Of a stretch of DNA of 64,000 nt, positions 43,429 through 55,379 are shown in pieces (within the stretch, counting starts at the first letter, position 1; every line of letters starts with the position of its first letter). Source of the stretch: Blastocladiella emersonii ATCC 22665 (taxonomy: Eukaryota > Fungi > Blastocladiomycota); the NCBI GenBank assembly GCA_025594325.1, contig JANHCV010000002.1:2604001-2668000 (forward strand), in the 5' to 3' direction. The notes beneath the pieces are model-generated. The model was not told where the DNA came from. It did no database searches and worked only from the letters and a program-made list of their open reading frames with translations. The translations under genes were made by a program, and so were the position numbers.

Positions 43429-46400
43429 ATGTCGCTGCCCGGCCGCGCCCCGTCCGTGCCACCGCCGCCGCCGCCCCTGCTGCCGCCACCCCTGTCTCGA
43501 TCCGCTTCCGACTCCGCCGCCGAATCCTCGAGCAGGGAGAGGCGCAAGCGCCGGCGTGACCGTGCGCGCGAGCGCGAGGGGGACGTCGGCACCTCGTCGA
43601 AGCGCCCCAAGCACGGCCAGGACCCGCACCTCGCCGACTCGGTCACCAACATGATCTCGTCGCTGCACGTTGCCGCCCCGTCCGCTGCACGCGCCGATCT
43701 GCCCGCCGAGCCTGCCACCGTCGCTGGGGTCGCCGCGGCCGCGTGCGCCGCCCTTCTCCCCGTTCCGCCACCCGCCGACCTCCCCGCCGACCCCCGCCAG
43801 CTGCTGTGGGACAGCTTCCACAACGGCGCGCGTGCCGCCCGCGTCTCCATGGCCGTGCGAAACCTGCGGGTCGCCCTGCCCGCCGCCGAGGCCGCCGAGG
43901 CCGCGCAGGACGCCGCCGTCCGCAGCGCCTCGGCCCAGCTCCCAAAGCAGCTGCCCGCCATCCGCGCGACGGCGCAGTGGGCCATCCAGTCGATCCGGTC
44001 GGCCAGCCTCGCGGCCGCCGGCGCCGACGACCTACTCGCCGACCTGCCCGACAGCTCCCTATTCGAGCTCAACGCGGGCGACCCGAGCGGCACCACGGCG
44101 GCGGCGGCCGCGGCGGCGGCGGCTCCAGCACCTCCAGCCGCACCTCCAATGGGACCGGCAGCACCGGCGGCACTGGCCGCACATCACCCGCGCGCCGGGC
44201 TCGTCCATCTCGGCCTCGCGCGCGCTCGCGGGCTCGCACCCGCGTCAACTACTACTACTACTACTACCACACCCACCGCACCCGGGGACCCGGTTGCCGC
44301 CCCGACCACTGCCGCGACGTCGCCCGCGCCCGCGCAGGTGGACGACCCCGCCGACGCCGACCTCGCCGACACGGACCTCCCGACGGCCCTCGTCACGGCC
44401 CTGCAGCTCCTCTGCCTCACCATCGCGCACCCGTCTGCCGTTCCCGAGGCCGTGCACCCGGACACGCACTCGCACCGCGCCGAGACCGCCGGCGTGACCG
44501 CCAGGGCCGCCGCCGCCGAGTACGCCGCCCTGCTCGAGGGCGTGATTGACGCGGTCGACGGCGCGGCGCCGTGGCTGCTGACCGCCGTCCCGCTCTCGTG
44601 GGAGACGTGGCTCGGCCTCGTCGGCCTCCTCGACCACCCGGTCGCCCTGATCCAGTGGGGCGTCGAGCCGCACGGCTTGGTCGGCGTCGACTTCTTCGCC
44701 CTCCTCGCCCTCTGCGGCAGCAACGCGCCCGCCCTCCGGCGCCTCGTCGGATTGCGCACCGTCACCCGCGACGGCCGCAGCCACGGCGACGCGCTCGTCC
44801 AGGGCGTCCTCTCGTCCGGGCCCGTCTTTGACCAGGTCCTCGCCACCATGGAGGCGTGGCCGGCGGCGTGGTCCGTGGCCGAGCCCGAGCCCGTGCCTGA
44901 TTCCGGCTCTGCCGCCGGCGCGGCGACCGCTGAGCCGCCGCTGCCGCTGCGGCCGTCACCGCGGCTTCCACCCGTGCCCGCTGCCGTCGGCGACACCCTC
45001 GCGGCCGTTGTGGGCCACGGCTGGGCGCGGGTCCAACCCGGGCAGCACGAGCGCCTGGATGCGGCGCTGTCGGGCAACTGGCGCGTCGGCCTGCACCTTC
45101 TCGACACGCTCGAGGAGCCGAAACTCAACCGCATCCTCGGCCCGCACTCGTGGGCGCGAATCGTGGCCGAGCTGGCCGCGCTCGGCACGCAGGAGGCCCT
45201 CGGCAAGGCGCAGCGGTTCGTCAAGACCCGCCACGTCACACCGCACGTCTCCCGGCGAGACACGTTCGGCGAAGGTATGCTCACTCTGCCGCTGCGTGCG
45301 CGCACCCGTGGCTCAGCAGTACCGTACTGACCTCTCGCCCCGATGCTACCCCCGTTATCCTTCCCTCCCTGCGCTAGCCATGGCCATCTCCGCGGTGCTG
45401 GGCCCCGATGCTCCGCGTCATCTGCACGCGACCATCTGGCTCGTGCGCAAGCTCGTGCCTGGGAACAAGGAGTTCATGGACGGCGTGCTCCCAGCGTGCA
45501 GCATCGACGCGCTCGTCGGGTTCCGCGCGAAGCTGCTGCTCTACATCGAGTCGCAGCAGCAGCAGGCCGGGCAAGTTTGCCCGCTCGTCGCCTTCCTCGC
45601 CAACATGCAGCCGACCGAGGGCCCGGCCGCAGCGCCGTGTGACGTGCTCGCGGTGCTCGTCGCACTGGCCAGTAGCGCTCGGCGAGTCGCCGACGGTACA
45701 CTCGGCCACTACGCCGAGCCCGAACGCCTCGTCGCGTCCGACTTCCACGCCCACCTCGCCTCGGCGCTGAGCGACCCGACAGCCGCGCGCTTCATTGCCG
45801 CCGCCGTCCGCGCGGCGCCCGCAGACTACCTGCCGGTGCTCGCCAAGCAGATTGTCGCAGCGGGCATGGCTGGGCCCCTCCTGTCGGCCGTCCTTGAGGC
45901 CCACTTTTCCGGTCTCGACCTCGCGCCGCTCGACCCCGAGGTGTACAAGGGCGGCTGTCTCCAGCACCACTCGCTCCTGCAGCAGCCGGCGTGGCGCGAC
46001 CTGCTCGAGATCCTGCTGTTCGCGTGTGGCGTGTGCGACGTGACGGCGTCCCCGGTGTCCGTACCTCTGTCGCTCCCCATCACGACCCGCGCCAACGCCG
46101 CCGTGACGCGGTACTTCGAGGAGCTACACGAGCATCACTCGCAGGCGCTGCTGCCGCCCGGCGCGATCGCGGCGGCGGTGGCCAAAGCGGCGGTTGGGTG
46201 CATGGACCACAACGACCACGGCCACGACCTCGCGCAAGGCGGCGGCGGCGGCGGGTACTGGATCGGCCACGGGTACACTTGCCCGCTCGCAGCGTCCGAG
46301 TGCCGGTGCGACGGGGGCGACGCGCAGCTCACATTCGCCGCCCGGCTGTGCGCCGTGGTACCGCACGCTGTCGACGCCCTGTTCGCGGGCGGTCCCGACG

Positions 46401-46519
46401 GCCTTCCACCCGTAGTGCAAGCACTCCGCGCGCCTGTGCCCACCGCTGGTCCCGGCCCCGCCCCCGCTGCCACCGAGCACACCAAGTGCAACTGCCCCGT
46501 CCTCAGCTTCCTCGAATAG
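43429..46519 (+). CDS. Unknown-family paralogue C (left, full length), ~995 aa
   Basis: Exon 43429-45274, intron 45275-45377 (GTATGC..TAG, phase 1 like A), exon 45378-46519. Ends with the family motif LTFAARLCAVVPHAVDALFAG. Confidence 0.7.
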
Positions 46520-47488
46520 GGTGTCGCTGTCACTGCTGCCGCCCCGCGCCCGTGTCCGACTCGGCGCTCGTGCTCGCCCCGTCCACTCTCGCTCAAGATC
46601 CCGTCCCTCAGCTTCGTGGTGCACTGTAAACCCATTGCTCTCCTCCGTCTCGTCCTCCTCCCGTCTGTTATCTACATTCTTGCAACCATTCTCCCTCTCG
46701 CATCACACAAAGCCATCTGACGTGACCCACCAAGCCCTCCTTTGCTTCGCTCGATACAACTACCACCTGCATAGCTTTTGATTTTGCCCCCTCTCTTGCT
46801 TGCCACCTCCCTTTTTTGCTCGTTGAGCTCTTTTTTGAGCACCATTTGTTCGCGCACACGACGTGCTGCGAACGTGGGAGAATGGGAGAAACAGCCGTGA
46901 GAGGGTGGGAGACGAGAGACGCGTCGCACAATCGTGTGACGGGTCACCTGCTGCTCGCCTCCGCCGCCGCCACACTTCACCGCAAGGGGCGGGGCGAAAT
47001 TCGCCTCGCCCTTGGCCTCGCCCGGGCTCCCTCACCCGGAATGAATAGCAGCGTCCAAATGTCATCTCATGGAATGCGACTGCCCGCAACGCGACCCGCA
47101 TGGCAAATACGTCGCCCTCGCCCATGGCCAGCGAGCACCCTCGCGACTCGGTGTTTGGTGTTTTTGCTGCTTTACTTTTTTGGCCCAGTGCTGACTGAGC
47201 AAGGAATGAGAGCAACGATGATGGATGATGATGCCTTGTCGACGCCGTCGGCCTTGCCCTCTTGTCGTCGGCCGGCCCGTTGAGTTGAGCGAGCGCACGC
47301 GGCTGAGATCTCAAACAAAGATTGAATTGAAGCCGCCGCTCGCTCGCCCGCCCGCCTGCCTGCCCGCCCGCCCGCCCGCTCTGCTCCAGAACCGCCGTGA
47401 CACTGCTGTCCGTTTCTCACGCTCGATCCTTATGCTGCTGCGGGCCTCGATTGCTCTCACTCTCACGCTCAATTCTCATGTGCGCCTT
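46013..47488. other. Unique 1,476-bp spacer of the palindrome
   Basis: Arm complementarity breaks at 46013/47488. Contains the last 507 nt of left gene C plus non-coding sequence. Confidence 0.92.
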
Positions 47489-50072
47489 GATCTCGAGCAG
47501 GTCGCGCCACGCCGGCTGCTGCAGGAGCGAGTGGTGCTGGAGACAGCCGCCCTTGTACACCTCGGGGTCGAGCGGCGCGAGGTCGAGACCGGAAAAGTGG
47601 GCCTCAAGGACGGCCGACAGGAGGGGCCCAGCCATGCCCGCTGCGACAATCTGCTTGGCGAGCACCGGCAGGTAGTCTGCGGGCGCCGCGCGGACGGCGG
47701 CGGCAATGAAGCGCGCGGCTGTCGGGTCGCTCAGCGCCGAGGCGAGGTGGGCGTGGAAGTCGGACGCGACGAGGCGTTCGGGCTCGGCGTAGTGGCCGAG
47801 TGTACCGTCGGCGACTCGCCGAGCGCTACTGGCCAGTGCGACGAGCACCGCGAGCACGTCACACGGCGCTGCGGCCGGGCCCTCGGTCGGCTGCATGTTG
47901 GCGAGGAAGGCGACGAGCGGGCAAACTTGCCCGGCCTGCTGCTGCTGCGACTCGATGTAGAGCAGCAGCTTCGCGCGGAACCCGACGAGCGCGTCGATGC
48001 TGCACGCTGGGAGCACGCCGTCCATGAACTCCTTGTTCCCAGGCACGAGCTTGCGCACGAGCCAGATGGTCGCGTGCAGATGACGCGGAGCATCGGGGCC
48101 CAGCACCGCGGAGATGGCCATGGCTAGCGCAGGGAGGGAAGGATAACGGGGGTAGCATCGGGGCGAGAGGTCAGTACGGTACTGCTGAGCCACGGGTGCG
48201 CGCACGCAGCGGCAGAGTGAGCATACCTTCGCCGAACGTGTCTCGCCGGGAGACGTGCGGTGTGACGTGGCGGGTCTTGACGAACCGCTGCGCCTTGCCG
48301 AGGGCCTCCTGCGTGCCGAGCGCGGCCAGCTCGGCCACGATTCGCGCCCACGAGTGCGGGCCGAGGATGCGGTTGAGTTTCGGCTCCTCGAGCGTGTCGA
48401 GAAGGTGCAGGCCGACGCGCCAGTTGCCCGACAGCGCCGCATCCAGGCGCTCGTGCTGCCCGGGTTGGACCCGCGCCCAGCCGTGGCCCACAACGGCCGC
48501 GAGGGTGTCGCCGACGGCAGCGGGCACGGGTGGAAGCCGCGGTGACGGCCGCAGCGGCAGCGGCGGCTCAGCGGTCGCCGCGCCGGCGGCAGAGCCGGAA
48601 TCAGGCACGGGCTCGGGCTCGGCCACGGACCACGCCGCCGGCCACGCCTCCATGGTGGCGAGGACCTGGTCAAAGACGGGCCCGGACGAGAGGACGCCCT
48701 GGACGAGCGCGTCGCCGTGGCTGCGGCCGTCGCGGGTGACGGTGCGCAATCCGACGAGGCGCCGGAGGGCGGGCGCGTTGCTGCCGCAGAGGGCGAGGAG
48801 GGCGAAGAAGTCGACGCCGACCAAGCCGTGCGGCTCGACGCCCCACTGGATCAGGGCGACCGGGTGGTCGAGGAGGCCGACGAGGCCGAGCCACGTCTCC
48901 CACGAGAGCGGGACGGCGGTCAGCAGCCACGGCGCCGCGCCGTCGACCGCGTCAATCACGCCCTCGAGCAGGGCGGCGTACTCGGCGGCGGCGGCCCTGG
49001 CGGTCACGCCGGCGGTCTCGGCGCGGTGCGAGTGCGTGTCCGGGTGCACGGCCTCGGGAACGGCAGACGGGTGCGCGATGGTGAGGCAGAGGAGCTGCAG
49101 GGCCGTGACGAGGGCCGTCGGGAGGTCCGTGTCGGCGAGGTCGGCGTCGGCGGGGTCGTCCACCTGCGCGGGCGCGGGCGACGTCGCGGCAGTGGTCGGG
49201 GCGGCAACCGGGTCCCCGGGTGCGGTGGGTGTGGTAGTAGTAGTAGTAGTAGTTGACGCGGGTGCGAGCCCGCGAGCGCGCGCGAGGCCGAGATGGACGA
49301 GCCCGGCGCGCGGGTGATGTGCGGCCAGTGCCGCCGGTGCTGCCGGTCCCATTGGAGGTGCGGCTGGAGGTGCTGGAGCCGCCGCCGCCGCGGCCGCCGC
49401 CGCCGTGGTGCCGCTCGGGTCGCCCGCGTTGAGCTCGAATAGGGAGCTGTCGGGCAGGTCGGCGAGTAGGTCGTCGGCGCCGGCGGCCGCGAGGCTGGCC
49501 GACCGGATCGACTGGATGGCCCACTGCGCCGTCGCGCGGATGGCGGGCAGCTGCTTTGGGAGCTGGGCCGAGGCGCTGCGGACGGCGGCGTCCTGCGCGG
49601 CCTCGGCGGCCTCGGCGGCGGGCAGGGCGACCCGCAGGTTTCGCACGGCCATGGAGACGCGGGCGGCACGCGCGCCGTTGTGGAAGCTGTCCCACAGCAG
49701 CTGGCGGGGGTCGGCGGGGAGGTCGGCGGGTGGCGGAACGGGGAGAAGGGCGGCGCACGCGGCCGCGGCGACCCCAGCGACGGTGGCAGGCTCGGCGGGC
49801 AGATCGGCGCGTGCAGCGGACGGGGCGGCAACGTGCAGCGACGAGATCATGTTGGTGACCGAGTCGGCGAGGTGCGGGTCCTGGCCGTGCTTGGGGCGCT
49901 TCGACGAGGTGCCGACGTCCCCCTCGCGCTCGCGCGCACGGTCACGCCGGCGCTTGCGCCTCTCCCTGCTCGAGGATTCGGCGGCGGAGTCGGAAGCGGA
50001 TCGAGACAGGGGTGGCGGCAGCAGGGGCGGCGGCGGCGGTGGCACGGACGGGGCGCGGCCGGGCAGCGACAT
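47417..50072 (-). CDS. Paralogue C' (right arm), 3'-truncated with a 23-aa novel tail
   Basis: Identical to C up to ...RDLLEI, then KAHMRIERESESNRGPQQHKDRA* read from spacer sequence. Confidence 0.65.
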
Positions 50073-50789
50073 GGTTGCGGTCGTGGTAGTGTGTTGCGTT
50101 GCGTTGCGTTGCGTTGCGTTGCGTTTGGTCGGCGGGTTCAGGGAGAGAGTGCGGGGCGCTCGGCGCAGCGCAAGGCCGAGAGGGAGAGGGGAGAGCGAGG
50201 GCGAGGGCGAGGGCGCGGGCGCGGCGGCGGCGGCGACCCCGTCCAGCGCGGAAGATGCTGACGCCGGCGCCCCAACCGCGCAGCGTGGGAACCGCGGGAG
50301 ACACTCGGCGGCCACGGGAGAGAAGGGCCCAGCCGGCTGCTTTCCTCAAGCAAAGAGAGGAGATCCTGCCGCGGCGCCGCCACTCACGCCCCGCGCATGT
50401 GCAGATGGCCGATGCGTCCTGCGTCCTGCGTCCTGCGCCACACAGCAGCAGTCGCAGTCGGCGACCTTCTTCTCCTTGCCGTTGAGGGGTTCGCTATGAG
50501 CAGCGGGCGGGGCGCGGGGCGAGCGACCACGGCGGCCCGCGAGACGCGCCGCGAAATGGCGTGCCGGTCACGCCCGGACCGCGAGACGCGTTTATCGCTA
50601 TCACCCGCCGACCCCGAATCCCGGTCGGCCCGCGCGAAGGCGAGAGGGGCAGGCGAGAGTGCGATGGCGAGAGGGGGTGCGTGTATTGCATAGGAAAGGT
50701 AACGGGAGAGGGAAAATGTGCAAGAGGGGACAAACGACAAACGACGAGGGCGGCGAGCGGCGAGCGGCGAGCGGCGAGCGGCGAGCGGC

Positions 50790-53700
50790 TCACGTAGTCG
50801 CATGGGGAGGCGGACGGAACCGGTCGATCTCGGCCATGAACACGGCCACGACCTGCGGCACGCCGCCGGGCTCGCCCGCGAACAGCGACCGGACCGCGTC
50901 GGGCGCCACGGCGCACAGCTTGGCCGCCAGCGTCAGCCGTGGCGAATCGTCACACCAGCACGCCGGCCCGGCCGACCCGCCGTTGCCCGCGCCGCCGGCC
51001 TCGGACTCCTCCTCGGGCTCGCGCTTGATCTCGACGTTGCCCACGTTGCACGGCGCGTGGTCGTCCTCGGGCTCGCGCGGCGCGTGGTCGTCCTCGGGCT
51101 CGCGCTTGACGTCGACGCCATCCGCGTCGCGCGGCGCGCAGTCGTCCTTGGACTCGCCCTCGACAACGGCGACGACCGTGTCAACAACCATGTCGTCGTC
51201 GCACGCCGCGTGGCCGTCCTCCTCGGGCGCGCGCTTGACCTCGACGTCGTCCACGTCGCACGCCTCGTCGTCGCCGCCCTTGGAGGGGCCGACGCCCGCG
51301 TTGACGATGACGTTGACGCCGTGCGGCGGCGCGCGACCGTACTCGTAGCGCGGCTCGTACCCGTCGTGGGCCTGGTACGTTGCCGCCGCACGAGCGACCG
51401 CCGCCGCGACCGCGTCCGCCGACAGGAACTGCTGCTGGTGGTTCCGGTCGAGCACGAGGAAGTACTGCTTGACGGCCCCGGCGGCGCCCGCCGTCCACGA
51501 CTGCGGCGACACCACTGTCGCGAGGAACTCCCACAGCAAAACCTCGAGCGCGTGTCGGCACACGCGCTGCTGCTGGACCGGGCACTGCCGCAGCTGCCGC
51601 GAGCACCCGCCGTTCGGCAGCGTCTTGTGCCTGCTCTTAAACGGCGGGAGCGCCGGCAGGACGTGGCAGTACTCGTTGTTGGGCCCGTGGGTGGCGAACA
51701 CGGCCTCGAGCACGCCCGAGATCAGCGCGCCCGCCGTCCCACTCGCCCGGATCAGGCCGAGCAGGTACACCCGGATCTGCGGCGGCGCCGTCCCGATCGC
51801 GGCAATCGTCAGGATCGCGACGGCCGGGTTGGCCAGCACCGACACGAGGTGGTCGCGGACCGCGGCCATGTCGTCCGGCAGCGTCGCGAGCAGGCGCAGC
51901 TCGATGGCGAACAGGTCCCACGGCGGCACGGGGCCCCGAGGTATCCACGCGAGGACGTGCGCGAAAGAGCCCGCGGCCGGCCCGTTGCACCGAGCGTGCT
52001 GCTGCTGCTGCTGCTGCTGCTGCTGCGAGAGCAGGGCCTGCCGCTCCAGGCACAGGGCGACCTCAGCCTTGAAGCCGGTGATGCTGCCGGCGCTGCACGA
52101 GTTGACGACTTGCTCGAGGAACCGCTTTTTGCTCTTCGGGAAGACCTTGCGGGCGAACTGGACCATACCGTGGAGACCCCGAGGCGCGTCCTCGTACACC
52201 AGCATGCTCCGTGTGAGCACTACGCGATGGGGATCGGCGTCAGTCAGTCAGTCAGTGCCACGTACGCGGACGCGCGTTACGGGAGAGAGAAAACGAACCG
52301 TTGCCGAGCGCCTCACCCGCCGCCGCCGCTGTCTGCTGCTTGGGGCGTAAACTCCTGCACCATCGAGATCCGGGACAGGGTGTCCCGCTCGCGGTGCCGC
52401 TGGAAGAGCGCCGCGAGCGACCGCGGCCCAAACAGCACGGTACGCGAGACGCGGTGCAGGTTTGCGAGGTGGTTGATGAGGTGCATGTGGCCCGCGAGGG
52501 CAGCGTCGAGCCGGGTGCGCTGGCCCGCGTCGGCGATCCGCAGGCCGTGGCGAGCGACGAGGCCCAGCACCTTGCCGACGACCTCGATCTTGGGCATCAC
52601 CTTCTTGAACGTGGACGTTGACGTCGCCGACGCCCAGAAGGTCAGGTCGGCGATCAGCTCCTCGATGACGGGCTTGCGCGACAGCGAGCCCTGGACCAGC
52701 CCGTCCGCGTCGGCGCGGCGGCACCGCTCGCGGCGAGCGCGCGACGGCTCGTCGTTGCCGGGGTACGGTTGGACGAGCTGGCCGAACACCTCGGCGTCCC
52801 AGAACATGGCCGCGAGAATCGCGAGGTAGTGGTAGCCGGGCAGGTCGGGGTCGCCGTTCGCGACGAGGGCCGCGAGGCGGTTGCCGACGGCGCCGTTGCC
52901 AAAGCGGACGAGGTCGATCCAGTCCGAGCACGGCAGGGCCACGTCGGTCGACAGCAGCCACGTCACGACGTCGTCGGCCACGCCGAGGATCACCTCGAAG
53001 ATGGCGCGGTGCGCCGCAACCGTCGCGGCCTTGGACACGGTCTGGCCGGTCGCCGTCTCGACCTGGATCGCGATGCCGCCCGTCGCCGCGAGGATCGCGA
53101 CCTGGATGAGCGTGACGAGCGCGGCGGAGACGAGCTGCGGACCGAGGTCCTCGTCGCCTGCGTCTGCGCCGGCACCGGCGTCGCCAGCGGCCGGGGATGC
53201 GGTTGCCGCTGCAGGGTCGAAAGCGGCGGGCGGGTCTACGAGAGCGTCGCCCGTGGAGCCGGAAAGGACCGGGGCGGGCGGGACCGCAGCCGTGTCGGGG
53301 CCCAACCCGGCGTCGGCGGCGTGGTGATGATGACCATGGTCGCCGTCCGCACGCGCGCGACAATGAAGCGCAGAGCGGGCGAGGACGACGCCGCGAGGCA
53401 CGCACAGCGCCGCACCCGCGGAGGCCGTCGTGGGGCTGTCCTCGACGCGGTTCTCGTTCTCGTTCTCCTTCTCGTTCTCCTTCTCGTTCTTGTCGCCGTC
53501 TACGCCGACGCCGTCCACGCCGACGCCGTCCACGCCGACGCCGTCCACGCCACCCACGCCGCCCTCGTCGCCGACGACGACAGGGGAGGGATGGGTATCC
53601 GCGTCGTCATCGTTGTCGATCAGCATGGCCTCGAGCGCGGGCAGCAGCACGCCGTCGTCGCCGAGGTACAGCTTGGCGAGCTTGGGGACCAGCACGTTGC

Positions 53701-54505
53701 TGCCGCCCTCGTCGACCTCGACGTTCTCGACGTTTTCCGCGTGATCGACGCCGACGTGCTCGACGTGCTCGACATGGTCGACGTGCTCAACGTGCCCGAC
53801 GCCGACGTTCTCGGCGCTCTCGGCGTTCTCGTCGCTGGCGGGCGCCGCCGCCCCGACAATGTACACGGTACGACCCACCACGTCCGCGAACCCGGGCGAG
53901 CGGGCCACCGCCGCGCCCCACCTGGCGGCCAGCGTAGCAAAGCGCAGGAACTCGGCCTGGTGAGCCGTCGAGGGCGCCTTGGCGGCGGCGTGGACCGCGA
54001 GGCGCATGTCGCGCAGGAAGGCGCGAACGTGCTCGGCGGCGGTGCGGACGTTGGCGGCGGTGCGGGGTGCGGTGGAAGGGACGAGCGACGCGAGCGACGC
54101 GAGCGGCGTCGAGTCGAGGAGCGACGATGGTGGTGCGGCGTGGATGTCGGCGTTGAGCGTCTCGACCGACTGCCCGACGAGGAACGCGAGGGCCTCGATC
54201 GGCACGTCGGGCGACCACGTCGGGGCCGATGGCGGCGGCGGCGGCGGCGGACCGGCTGGCGGACGGGGTGCCGCTGCGAGCCGAGTTGACGACGACGGCG
54301 CAGGTGGAGAGGGGGGAGGGGCAGGGGCGGGGAGCAGGTCGGGCGAGTCCTCGAGCTCGACGTACTGGGCAGCAAAGTCCCACGAGTCGCGCGTCTTCCA
54401 GTCGGTGGTCTTGGCCTTCTTCTTGCCGCCCTTGGCCGCAAACTGCGCGCTGGCCGCGCGTTTCGCTGCGCCGCGCGACTGCGCGCGCATGAGCGGGCGG
54501 GACAT
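50790..54505 (-). CDS. Paralogue B' (mirror copy of B)
   Basis: Translations identical to 38996-42711, including the same junction defect. Confidence 0.6.
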
Positions 54506-55379
54506 GGTCGTTGGCGCGAGGGTCGGCGTGCGGGAGCACCTGTGATGTCGCGGGTGATGGGTCAGTGATCCGTCGCGCCAGCGCACGACCGCGAGAGATC
54601 GTACCGAAGTGGGCCAGGAGCGGGTGCGGGCGCAGTCGTAGAGGCCCGAGAACCGACGGGGGTGCGCCTGTCACGTCGCGGGCGACGGCAGAGGGTCAGC
54701 GATGCTCTGTGGGCGGGGCGCGCGACCGCGGACGGGCCCGTACCGTCGTGCGTTCGCAAAGATGCAAGAGTCGTAGGTGCTCGCGTGGAGCAATGTGCTT
54801 GAGTGGGTGCAGAGAGATGGGGGCGAGGGAGGAAGGGAGGGATGTGGCCGAGTCCGGGGGAGCGCGGCGGCCGAGGAGGCCCAATGGGCGCATCCGCCGT
54901 CACGCGCCGAGCACTCCCACGGTCACGGCGGTCACGGCCGCGGCGTGGGGTGTCGAGGTGGGAGACGGGGGATTGCGGGGCCGCATCGCTGCGCCACGGT
55001 CGAGCGGGATCAGGCCGAGCGGGATCAGGCCGAGCGAGACCGCGGGCCGGGCGTGCTGGGCGGGCGCGGTGCTGCAGGTGAGGGTGCGATTGCGGTCGGC
55101 GTCGAGCAGCTCATGGTCGCTCTGTGTCGGAGAGGTCGGCACGCGGAGCGGGGGCAACTCGAAGGGGCGGCGTTCGCGAAGGTCGGCGACCTCGGTGGCG
55201 AACGGGGCCGCCCTCACGTGATTGATCGTCGCGTCTCCACTTCCTTGTCGGCGGCGAGGAGAAGCGCAGGCAGGCCGGTGACCGAGGCAGGTGATCAACA
55301 ACGTGTTGTGTATTGGAAATGAGCGGCAGCGACGAGACTGCCTGATGCGCGTGCGAGGGAGGGACGAGAGAATCGAGGC

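Larger units (their letters stand above)
34647..46012 (+). repeat. Left arm of giant inverted repeat (11,366 bp)
   Basis: Position i pairs with 93501-i. Mirrored ORFs have identical translations and coordinates summing to 93501 (35238/58263, 38915/54586, 43186/50315). Boundaries checked base by base. Confidence 0.97.
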
